Assembly: GCA_017473435.1 (NCBI GenBank)
Contig: JAFULG010000002.1
Span: 42,664-106,663, forward strand
Length of the DNA: 64,000 nt
Source: Clostridia bacterium
Lineage (GTDB): Bacteria; Bacillota; Clostridia; Oscillospirales; Acutalibacteraceae
Direction: 5' to 3'
Shown: piece after piece, positions 62,501-64,000 of the stretch
Layout of the letters: the number at the start of each line of letters is the position of its first letter
Position numbering within the stretch: position 1 is the stretch's first letter
Program-made: the position numbers and the translations under genes
The notes under the pieces: generated by a model
The model's database searches: none
The model's input: the letters and a program-made list of their open reading frames with translations, nothing else
Told to the model about the DNA's origin: nothing

Positions 62501-64000
62501 GTAACTCTTAAGCTCAAGCTTGATCTTGACTGGACAGCAATCGCAGCTAAGATGGCTAAGAAGGATAAGCAGGGCTACATTCTCACAACAGCCTCAAAGC
62601 AGGATTACACTAAGGGTACAATCAGCAATCCTGATACACCTGATCTTGTAAATATCACAGGCGATGCAGCAAATGCAATCGTAACGCTCCTTGACACAGT
62701 TCTTACAAGAGAAAACTGTAAGAATATCTATAACCTTGTTGAAGGTATACTTCCTGATAACTTCGATGCAACTCTCAAGAACCTCATTCTTGAAATTGTA
62801 GGTAGCGACGCATCCATCAAGGGTATTGTTGCAGCAGTTGTACTTATCCTTACAGGTCAGTACGATGTTGAATCACTTCCCTACATCTTCAAATATCTTG
62901 GTATTCTTGAGTTTGCTAAGGCAGGAAATGCAGCAACAGCAGTAGACAGCCTTGATAAGGCTCTCGTTAAGGCTGTTCCTGTAATTATCGAAATGCTTGC
63001 AAAGGATAAGACAGATCCTTCTGACTTCCTCTACAAGCTTTACAACGGAACAGGCAAGAACGCAACACTTGTGAACATCGTTAATTACCTGCTTGGTGAT
63101 TTACTGTTCACTGACAGCATGATGAGCACCATCACCGGTGCACTCCTTGGTGTACTTAAGAACCTTGGTTCAGATATCACAGGCATTCTTAAGGACTTCC
63201 TCGGCGTTGATCTTGCTCCCGTAGCCTTCGCAGAAGCAACAGAAAATGCAGAGCTTAAGGCATACGTTGCCAAGGCATATGCAGCTGACGCAACGGAAGA
63301 AGCAAAGGCAGCCGTAACATGGGCAGCTGTAGTAGCAGCAAATACCGATGCAAACGGTAAGATTGCTCCTGTATTCACCGGCATTGATGCTGAGGGTAAG
63401 GACGAAATCAAGACAACAGATGAAAAGAAGGATGCATTTGTAAATGCAATTCTCGATCTCCTCAAGCCTCTTGAAAACGTGCTTGCATTCATCCTTACCG
63501 GTAAGGACCTTGAAGTTACTGTTAAGAACGGCAACGAAAAAGCAACACTTACCCTTAAGGGCGGCGATGCTTACAACACAGCAATCGTTCCTCTCCTCTT
63601 CCAGGGTCTCGGCCTTGAAGAGCTTATCACCGGTACTAACAAGTCAACAGTCAGCGGTGCTAAGGATGCTGCAACAGCAAACGAAGCTATCAAGAATACT
63701 CTTGATTACATCCTTGTTGACCTTGTAAATGCAATTGAAAAGGCTCCTCTTTCAACAATCATCACTGTTGTTGCAAACCTCGGCTACTTCATTGCAAATA
63801 ACGATGTTGCAGTTGTAATCCAGAACCTTGTTGCTCCTGTATTCGGCATCATTGATGCTCTCGGTGGTGTAATTAGCAGATCAGAGCTCGATCAGCTTAT
63901 TGGCGAACTTGTAAATGTTACACTTCCCAACGGTAAGAAGCTTAACATCACTAACATTGTTAACATTGCCGGCGATAATGGCGCTATCCTTATTGACCTC
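35591..64000 (+). CDS. Giant secreted protein of unknown family, at least 9,470 aa; 3' end outside the window
   Basis: AAGGAGG (35576-35582) lies 8 nt before ATG 35591. I translated this frame (positions equal to 2 mod 3) by eye to nt 64000 and met no stop. The signal peptide is MKVGKKALSLLLAVIMLMSSVSVSFSVFA|AEGD. All track ORFs in this span lie in other frames and are 296 aa or shorter. It is not in the track because no stop occurs before the window edge. Confidence 0.93.
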   Translation, partial: MKVGKKALSLLLAVIMLMSSVSVSFSVFAAEGDIDYAYSILSTYFKELMVAIDRSEGAIAKAGGADKADYSDPAFDSVPVKDGSKWVIRRDTINGGWVAVSRAVSYYAENTVARNKTYNMLVDDMLDELQAVSATFPDGQTIQDYEKILGYYRFGDTSEGETFGTQASVTLQIGHGFDLLAWDSVADIKADQTYSTAVLKFTPKGELATGYSLKSAEDISFTSTDYIEVEDNYATDLKTIKGVLEWCVGNTKVQPEDWTLDSGTFKTWFAADTLTVDQLGQITKLLALFDMTMGIAGLGYTPAEIWDHYVAPETGINKTYTETKAWYETSGARAEAYSRAIAYKAELDTLMATPLEGKKAAELNAVKEAIEAVIQEMNYDQFSSLIYEIINELAEDYIGEATSTVDTYTKNLGIKVGQAYAVEELSDNILTSGVLGSTFIIADKLAELAAAADTLQTIDDLTKGKTDDELKDFVWEETQAYKDNVNWLSAATVLLTLIDSYVISNAGFDDLKETTTASGNAVTKENYDKVNGKLSVVALDIYGSNYYEQKSKMDTIISKTILAGKGYNAIFELSKEFETYYTAALDLSKDTTMEDVYNTVYPNGIDQYADFIHEMKAAVAERFYNQMLTIENYFKDGGKVTYYNFESIIARAEGTWFETGSKKDNSGNMVIYSIIGNYLLGGEEYGIDYVAETGDYTIKQLEDMYNKVFGVGGYYTKALQFKDGLQALKNLAYDTSKVRETERDKKILAYILKAERVKESQYGWESCLGSEFSVDEIKKYVSEIELALDADGLVEYDGEIITTGSIEKLMTAAVEDLDRILLSDDLGTLLNDLTAKQNEETGETTGFLGVWSRDYTFKNPGGGTTSVKAGDECKNLREFLINLIVDLLWGGSLQTTLFTALNGAVGPACYNMAAQSATDLKVAKRDLWYFLPQILHMGLPTMPHDYVQNWTNPVTGDTNKEISKISDWTIDWYKFFTGAAYGASGNSEYDYTMILHVLDKAPIDTKVGTGVLSRSYWAPFTYGGISTDERGNYKPGDVIVAGPNAGNALDPGYFKGELPLYYQNASGAKSDEALTGYEPVYFDSAACWHINDWDDFYRTFATATCGLHVPLAELVTKKSAASSIYGETDILGLDVTVPLKNTGDALYDRLFIPLYRLLGISDYYNVNSNPGGYHGRQDILYASGTYSYENGFVDVSSITDSGFTLWKYVLEPIIYWLENVLFVSPVKTIAELLPNLLAMLEYDQLMPKLKNIQADIDAVVKPIGITLRFDVLILNLSDIVVPLLEGLGLTSDALSGGINGLLTALMGGTRTTYYNKDEKLPNSDKNVTWLMEVSTELQEVKDANGKVVLGDDGKPLMQEVKVTSEENPAKWVSGDTTYYIKNPGLLTSVMYGLFLNKDDVTKNSFLDWLWSTTSGEKSQVPLNIPVNRFMSAGTLYNPKLPVNQQSNVTLIEGVYGTVKNYHIYAEPGMSVLTLLRWLLNEGTIDVIMPLLNGLIKPTVNEETGETQPSILDTILPLLDGQADNIMAIVICLLNDYVIEYTTYEDPAQNPKDWKNWNADGTAGESYINDDGSSKFAVGTILEKYLSEGNANITDEERTSGNYTEAELIAKADLAVANADKLINSLATTLFVALEGTLMGIDAVRDLGFGPVIERMKASINSDNPADKVTLEDVVADTVIGNNLVDMLMNLLFGNGLPTKAKDAAGTAIQAHEGADSMKMNYTYGDGTTKELTFYITEGDKDKDVLLDANGDPEIVRQVKYKPVLDENGKETGQFTDDIIGFVVNEGLLGGLFADPTSILNKVLEALGEFNLDLSPAGFYKAYTDTTISGYNKELAAWMKKQAEAFAGTALADSNVEATLKTMTWGDLRAPKGTKWFDENTTDMDLKFDRFGELICDVLTPINPVLAFLLSGQDIVLFDELKLQGENGYSRGIVVILEALGLDAACMSQNRFDNFVYKAPANTGETGSKLHQYMNSNNSAYDNDVSVDDLSKEKITLNGKVVERRFAKTINSPLKPLIVAIKELLLGIEENGTVVEPGLLDSPLTVLFSKLPNIAYNLYLFETVETDLFGEETVKNTYNFSIAVKNLIAPVTKVLDVVDPVLSRLLKLDINELLDSILDIEALVNNLVGSLVGGADSKGTSMKIFDFAKLAADSSVINRNATTNRYNFTKFTKFEGSPGKLFITLIRTLLTSEIVGAIGGLIANAFGVNDETQNVTDEQKEASERIKNIVKMIQTNLCKPDTKNELEGGMYVDYLTSIILDIFTDYLPSDGEFYFYEIINRVDTELIKLEDQIKAMNAYGVKHQGYDWANKPKDDEGNLLFTEAEVNTTIENLDYVIKNAVPEVLATLQANGILGDGLDANLAGDAGLWGLVKGLLGDFILKDDFLTTLANLICGLLGASGDTGTTGVIQQVLKSAGFDITFNAFLYKADGKTKSELYSYFTYGFYKENGSLKPGASGGYDMYYLDTDGDGLIDDLNNNGTHGDEGDEVEITWAQVYKNHSYDVYETNEDGELVIVNGEPQFKTVKVQKTREVQDEKDGAPVVDENNKPVMKTQYAYYYFNETFTEVWLESDKRTKYTVNGIEYDLVKVYSGEDEDKTHKSRVNEETGNTEYAYTYVKKDKEEIWLDKSGESTVTVGPSSYSLSIVETDKLENVLDENGKVVLDDNGEPVTRKVYEKALLTTAYPQLKQDGKYVYSYKDAEGVEQTYLSNYQQETKLDSGESKDGKKIFFDLSPVYSETLTDRAWVWGIDDPVLVKPDGTLRDEFTAKKVAVVNTLWSVLEPFANIFSALFAGDALTLFDGTLNIEGGWGYINYIRPLMNAFGLDAILEQLSAEEKEAIQTKDANGQVIEHLMTEEEYKAMVYNADGTLNPEGLGTSVKNVINYVFYFVEVLCNYPVETLAVALPTLAYFLYADGITTLVSNILVPITTLTDRLATILNIDINAIGAGLLDMLATGSWKNFQVALETFMKIDENGNLVTSVDTGLSLTKSLFALLTTLLELDLSGILGEDDPYGGKYGIVLFINKEAELAAKAKLKEAEALKVDEINNSTEIAKLTEEAKNIRGTALSDFLKSIAALGDPVSEHSGSGHGHDPAEEYIAENYADYVYVTKDGQVPVSKAEVLMFILDFAFQNETLKKVIGNLLGYDITDENTSDAELLDEILTNVFTDYNALVDVIVALFSGYTANDILELELKTIDQENHFRFYEDYGFYDHKDVLKENEKLKAENKELITEISRVKTSATIDNLDALVGKILNLSLIKEPLTRADDLTTPENEQGIFNMFGLNGDDTITLQALVDSIFETYLYDDKGLNSIMDMLIGLLGGESASQIINIVLDILKGASKDVDGKPTMNLNPDAFKNNVPELAGTIDKATDLNGDGNISWDEVAKANSQYQYVVKNEKDEVLETLYSEKTPAELDKNDEGALVLDGKVVSADMIQEQDYVIKTEQDNNEKDIQVKYYRYTYSVSVGDSLQNVPVELKESGITEWVEVADDPETDENEEVKHLVKAVMRDTDKQKTAVKISATWNINTRDEFVDTLWRCIKPLAPVFAMLFAEGELRVFDKIALSGSKGYLGFVLPLINALGIPALKKTDGSSYLTADKYISDYDAYKTAVYGKDARLTFDEHGYLNDTDGKVMLTTITDALFALVDSLCARPVNTLLTIIPYLAHAIDSDGIDVILENLLVPVTTITGMIEDIYSINILGIIKDLLRGLIKDLNDKAGVPSDSTDYEDQGSTAAAAAALLLEKVEEAEENTQTGGEAAIAALAEPDPALDLSGAGGANYKFLDLIKELVKGLSINGTSLSSIIDVDNIFTNLSSIAWMPTEMKGNLESTGEVQKVIMNASGRGGSIDRYDATEYTVDRESVLIKVLNDIVFTDGIRDLIGGLLKFDFSNKAMTTLTETDKDYLLTVLLYGVFEDPEALERLLIDLLSWYDVEYQDARVSSASNVTEFDSFNEGRDELVYGEQGNGLDKEQMEKLPEDFDSLIGKIVPAVIGMLPEGTLGDLTLTGANLEEMVHNLLVGLMADKEITNEDGTKTMKYGFATQLVELLVGALGGNATVSMIVGLLPTIIDGVDVELKDFKKVNAAFNSYFKKTDGTELNTWAEAYEYFKTIKKYVAPENPAAGYVPPAYEADTLNLYAVDDAGKPIPEFKLDEKGAKIPVYKNAPYEEAFGARYYTDAGSAQTENEQPLENTYVVATKDGKVVYTYQYELKLTNTNSFGIKDYDDILELVSQILAPFAPVLRFLLTEADLVALDGVHVTGGDGYDRFIIPLFEVLGVDSYMNDSDSSYEGSYKFINKKAFAALDNEAFTKQVVAYIDALISMVLNTPIQTIVDLIPELVFFIYSDGLAQAVEQLVAPLLTLVDMVNDITAKEVVIEGRDDKLVALDIVGLITNLINDSLMKPNGLPVVDGFYGENGLITRLLTAEGLETLLQGLLDKANTYIYAYTYEVPAAEEGKEAEVKTVYLDSENQSTYIPDETKPDEAFNLTRAADKDKKVINLGLDKDGVGGADEKPIEGIFRWILKKTCKIEKVATLREFDAVNGKVWGVKANRADTLVQIISETLLGGDMLTSLLASFGVEIKEGEILDTILKAVTGENKYVIFVVLLKYFNEYEVETMLMEYLSFEKQEYEYEAIDGSRFTKRKLRRAIKKLDGSLLTVVPELIPMLEDVDLIRTLLDKIGGYKQGQSLNDLVHELLNAYVFNDKTVNELMGLLIGLLGGENLAGTLGTVLPLVKDIVGIDVTPAGFAAESSSQAVKAFLGAAIDAAAAEEVVDKDGKPVVDEDGKAVLKGKENVTWQDVAEFYTVYVYSYNDVTAETKFAYTYTDKDGKIVNYYSAEEDDDLKIIVDEEEVKLEAKGTKTFYSYTTNYMYSNDATLHGTPVEGKDGKTWFGYEQATDADGNLLWDETKGGEAAGVPLAKTEKKTVDVIDEKTGEPKKNADGTTVTKEIDVPVRATKVVAPEGDEAFNWHFDRFDTYQGKKNAFIEILAGIVTPLEGVLNFLLRGDSLRILPEGDDGAVLELYGNKGYENVIMPLFQALGVDQIGGTIVSAKDYEDGRGTDMTLYAITEGIFSIIEAITLNPLEYIFTLLPSLSYFISCNGPETVLNNLLSPVLALLNLAYPIVGDLLDDLIGASISDIFGDFMPDTINYTVKVNKKSPVYKTTTEVVDGVETEVKIKATTTSEKVTYEDKTYYITAGDGKGEVIADAYVVEYDEAAQAPVFNTYKAYALTDLLKICGEYGENLVNIINNLVGPLLLGKDATEEELAAFKLLDDTFFADYAAQALTVNKQKDEAKFYYFVETADGSWIKVRDLLYKSEMGTIKETHYVVDWFKVDIADSAVFLLDNVLSETLLREIAKLAKIDLTDEDNILAAIIKNLINNDNPGLIITSIITALFENYTIKYNELYGEFFTPDHSHLDNLKTEEDKTKAAAVPGQLDKIIKNALPAVAPILSKLLAPKDGKKPTILNDIVDKFDTIANTTDEVADLYEVAQYLLDELVLSDELVNTLAALIVNLIGGTDIIGTIIEYFGLTGIKLDPQSYLATVEKAYTVDDMKTAVAAFKSIIGEATTWADVVRNDTTPLYAYEYATGENDDKGNPKKATVYLADANATTYELTKTVGEGEAAKEVKDEVALTQVLTEDGKRVVKAEYNNVVDGKKVAELNWGVNNAKDKKDAFIKALSVIIEPLFPVLQLVLQGKILTLVGHNKKSYTPVNMVEYNSDGTHITIEDDSRTGEEIGNGYIELMGVNGYEELLVPLLDALGGLEAFKAYDEDNNPDGIMTADEFNGLANAYDMLDYIVNVVFAFVNNLVASPVTYLANYLPSLLYFIGSDGVYNAVQSVLQLVNGLIAVVEPLIGPNGIKLSDTLGLPLDLLMLKLDDSTVPGKVQKTNVDGKYAYIAKNDETKTEIYLDKSGLTKNGDVEIEAVMEDGFITVKGLCSMINDLIKKPDFINKTLLLKLAGYLGDFEVISTVRRTAGSLLYDTETEAYYRVVEVNGKNTTILVAQKEGKLWVDDLGNTVNKPVDKDGKITTIVGDTQYTLTGLLQFALADGLVSGFVDTSKMEGILKTILDNVMGPNATENVAAILIKLLNKYVITYEAIEEPAGIDTEGKSFAEYLDALVAAENTKAEAEDDYTAKTAKEIYAELEENNELKLDQIAEALTYFNNAVEYGKYGVEKAEVQLALNNIQALIPEILALLNVGSLESLIADNLYTDNIANLLVGLLVGLLGGLDDKTWNTITEILGYVKDIVGLNIDISPAAYAVKDNVFKPFIDAVNVERDVKNDAGEVTGKERIPVEDLTWSDVANFYTKYEYKYEVEAAKAAEGVEGEEGYKAAVPAKFETVWLADANATKYTPAEGDHAGTEYELIKGETTEYEYSYTIPATEEGKEDEVKKFFSTDDKLTETKVGETTYPVTKTGETNVTHNSKVESDFDWGIGSADGLNAKADKLVKVVTDLLKPLDCVLSLLLAGGTYNFAETKAYGDSLGAFEEINIMGGSGYNYAIIPLLEALSVPAESIKTQAEYEDTIATKGTLGYILETVLHTVNDNLDKPLDFVLGLFANLAYTISKDGATTFVSNLIAPLSEVIEAIEGVLPVAIKINLMALMDGGSIAEILLGNDVALKKAKVGLTLDLDCATLEELIAKVLAKFVSGFDITIDFAEIAAKSAKRDEMGGIEYNNSKVDPVWDICLGTPGKNIQGDTAATIITLLATVITSENIDALLKMLKVDLSTLPVAVTELIDKAIDSPDVLIGAVIKLLASNYDITSIIKEMSFYFLGEAEYDYKNIEGGHNAVNKAIGKFDRMINNLIPKLLKLLGNELEKPVEFIKNIYVALGEDAEDADIADVVDYLLNDFVFNDDMMNTLLGLIVGLLGGIEAKTFNTIADLVNKILGIDLTPAGVAEKSYGEIGAVASLIEAVAEEAGKTVKEITWAEIAAAYTKYEYRYMTKAAEGAPDTEGYKAAEYATVYLDGAEETTYTVNGTTYDLEKVTKDNKHVTKFIIEEAWGIADKDDFLKIVYEITAVVEPLLAFLFKGENINLFVDTLSLKGNNGFENAIVPLAKALNIKLAHEDADDYADANEMLKAVVNGIFDLVKDIEKSPISTILELLGSASYFIANDGVALVINNLISPVLGLLSIFEKKTSKIVDGETVVKSEGITMTDINKLLKSLIKMDLNDITGIAGADGSKLVSMINGLLPKVYLEGEDGSIRLAEPLPAKFFENMSKYAINYDSLDKDEKVDANIRKLAVERWSVDKADVLMYLLSTVCSDEFLAFLGDLIKAEEGTILGDLIFGLSGDEDLVINIISMLLNNYKLVYKKYAQIDITKIDVVPTEPFTDENLAQAIQAIDGLVPAIIGLFVKDADSLKALVENLVADADLGNLLMNLLVPLLSGLDIDEILGYVKEFSNLNVKLDPSAWTANANSEIAKFILKADADEDGKVTWKEVEAYYTQYEFTYTIPATTDTAAKNVTVYKPAGTTEIVVGEGTNAVKYKLAPVYEYEYKYTVTTGEGEAAKKEEKTIVLAEADLTTTKIDNKDVEITFNRNIQKSKMVSEYNWNIKTFNDLKTFAVDLLKPLDVVFELLLAGANIIVAPDNTTDVEDDKAQITVRGSDGYNFAIIPLLEAIGAKDLKSQAEYEAFSKRPEVGSHLAYILDVLFAEVETILNAPVSELMSRLANLFYFIGNNSINVLADNLLAPVNTLIAEVDPIFPLAINIDVSKVGVEGAKVLELFLGKAHDGVEAGIHVNVEASALANLLNNLLAGIEINGAKLGLSLDLNWIEIARKMAKTKLPDSQNTTGAEVSKLESSMDYEAYENVIGTTGYTDGKYYNIEGNVVDTFVTLLQVILTEDNTEAISNLVTGLLKDAPQEVKDILDGILSDPDAIEELIGAVVLLLTGEGAMKDYPLSFVFKYLGELNYNYSTINGGEAAVNSAISKFDAMIAREAVGVIKMFGDTTETDQTKWTFFNKMSMALEADDTLADLVAWLLEEFAFTAANFDTVMALLNNILADNITADLSGIISTILPINLMPYEFAKATGNTALHAYVAKAYAADATEDAKKAVTWADVRDANATSKKNGDKTEWTYATSWNISGKDAFIGAFIDLLKPLNPILDFLFAGKNLKFKIDGVELWGADGYANAIVPLLNALGAKQLGVNLPADAANTTAALGYIVDALLGKDEAITGGLDDEAQITHIKGVVDVICEAPLTSILTIVGNLSYFIANGNLDELIQNLVAPVMGILDLIKPILPIGELDKIIEGLAKITLPGGKALNVTNIINIAGEKGEGLVALINELIGTLKAYEKTRLELDADHNIVKYTFAEKEADKDNKYIELTDEEGNLTNEYAKVLESSQIVEYTKAQTELYPDAEFVERDKTDADGKVVTVKDENGKDVPVKVYWRVIQYISILPEDFFEDLSRYVVENSKYEDSFRGEGDEGDPVDEWTINAAEALMYVLSTVLDYDFFSTILKKIGLNLGDGIGQIVVSMADKENELIDVIVMLLNNYDVVYSKIEQAQLPTDTTKTAAPYASFGKNEQNENLLNNENTSNAVAALDPIINTVVAMLAGGKSLGGLVDGLIADLDVANLIMNALVPVLATLEIDEILAYVNELTNIQLTTLNPSLWTDNANVKFGSELKNFLNAVPKKTDETGKELALTWKDVAEFYTKYEYTYTIPAKQAVGKEGDKDFVAATEAKTVTVFLDEGETTITVGTESYELTPVYTYEYYYNDADNKIQKYTSTTAGLTKADVDNNKATADVEVTYTGNSTRNKKMYSEFNWNITGLDSTLINFVCDLLQPLDIVFQILLRGENIKALEDTSADRADIRIMGGLGYNYAIIPLLEAFGATGLKTQTEYDTYSKEQGSSLKYVLEALIGEVDKILASPLNELLSRLANLFYFIGSDGINTVANNLLAPLNTLIEEVDDLVPLAINIDISKIAAGEGIGLYLLKEHEGVPAGITVNVAGADLAELINGLIGDLKIGDVTLKLKLDLDWTAIAAKMAKKDKQGYILTTASKQDYTKGTISNPDTPDLVNITGDAANAIVTLLDTVLTRENCKNIYNLVEGILPDNFDATLKNLILEIVGSDASIKGIVAAVVLILTGQYDVESLPYIFKYLGILEFAKAGNAATAVDSLDKALVKAVPVIIEMLAKDKTDPSDFLYKLYNGTGKNATLVNIVNYLLGDLLFTDSMMSTITGALLGVLKNLGSDITGILKDFLGVDLAPVAFAEATENAELKAYVAKAYAADATEEAKAAVTWAAVVAANTDANGKIAPVFTGIDAEGKDEIKTTDEKKDAFVNAILDLLKPLENVLAFILTGKDLEVTVKNGNEKATLTLKGGDAYNTAIVPLLFQGLGLEELITGTNKSTVSGAKDAATANEAIKNTLDYILVDLVNAIEKAPLSTIITVVANLGYFIANNDVAVVIQNLVAPVFGIIDALGGVISRSELDQLIGELVNVTLPNGKKLNITNIVNIAGDNGAILIDL
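41360..63613 (+). repeat. Protein-level tandem array of at least 12 divergent modules inside the giant ORF
   Basis: The anchor motif G-x-x-G-[YF]-x-x-x-[IL]-[IV]-P-L-x-x-A-[LF]-G starts at 41360, 44006, 46286, 48365, 50654, 52820, 55067, 56720, 58400, 59963, 62039 and 63560. Spacing is 1,521-2,646 nt, always in frame. Confidence 0.85.

Noticed and set aside
41360-63613. Possibility that the periodic signal is a DNA tandem repeat, a CRISPR array or an assembly artefact.
   Set aside because: The copies share conserved amino-acid motifs but little nucleotide identity, and their periods are variable (1.5-2.6 kb). No short direct repeats with unique spacers exist. I saw no CRISPR-like structure anywhere in the window.
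35883-63728. Many plus-strand ORFs of 60-168 aa listed in the track between 35.9 and 63.7 kb.
   Set aside because: All are in the frame with start equal to 0 mod 3, offset from the giant ORF. Their sequences are Leu/Ser/Thr-rich out-of-frame noise.

Overview
This window is the chromosomal replication-origin region of a low-GC Firmicute. The taxon is an inference: gene content and ctt/ggt/aag-biased codon usage look Clostridia, Ruminococcus/Oscillospiraceae-like. Left of about 6.7 kb the genes run on the minus strand (prfB, an SDR, nth, ogg). From dnaA (6788) rightward every gene is on the plus strand. In order these are dnaA, dnaN, yaaA, recF, a DUF370 gene, gyrB, two small membrane-protein genes and gyrA. 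They are followed by an LCP ligase, a thioesterase, a HAD phosphatase, mnmG-rsmG, a noc-like parB with soj and spo0J plus a near-consensus parS, serS and a TagGH-like ABC-2 exporter. The dnaA-dnaN spacer carries DnaA-box-like 9-mers and a (TAG)4 DnaA-trio-like tract next to AT-rich DNA. The last 36 kb (57% of the window) holds two consecutive genes for giant secreted proteins. The first (27981-35201, 2,406 aa) has Listeria-Bacteroides-type repeats, His/Cys modules and an unusual Cys-rich C-terminal tail. The second starts at ATG 35591 and is still open at 64000 (at least 9,470 codons). It is absent from the supplied ORF track because it has no stop in the window. It encodes a signal peptide, a unique head of about 1,750 aa, and at least 12 divergent tandem modules of 500-880 aa with EF-hand-like loops. 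I recognise no characterised family for it, and it is the main candidate for an undescribed system. I saw no rRNA, tRNA, CRISPR, transposase or integrase genes.
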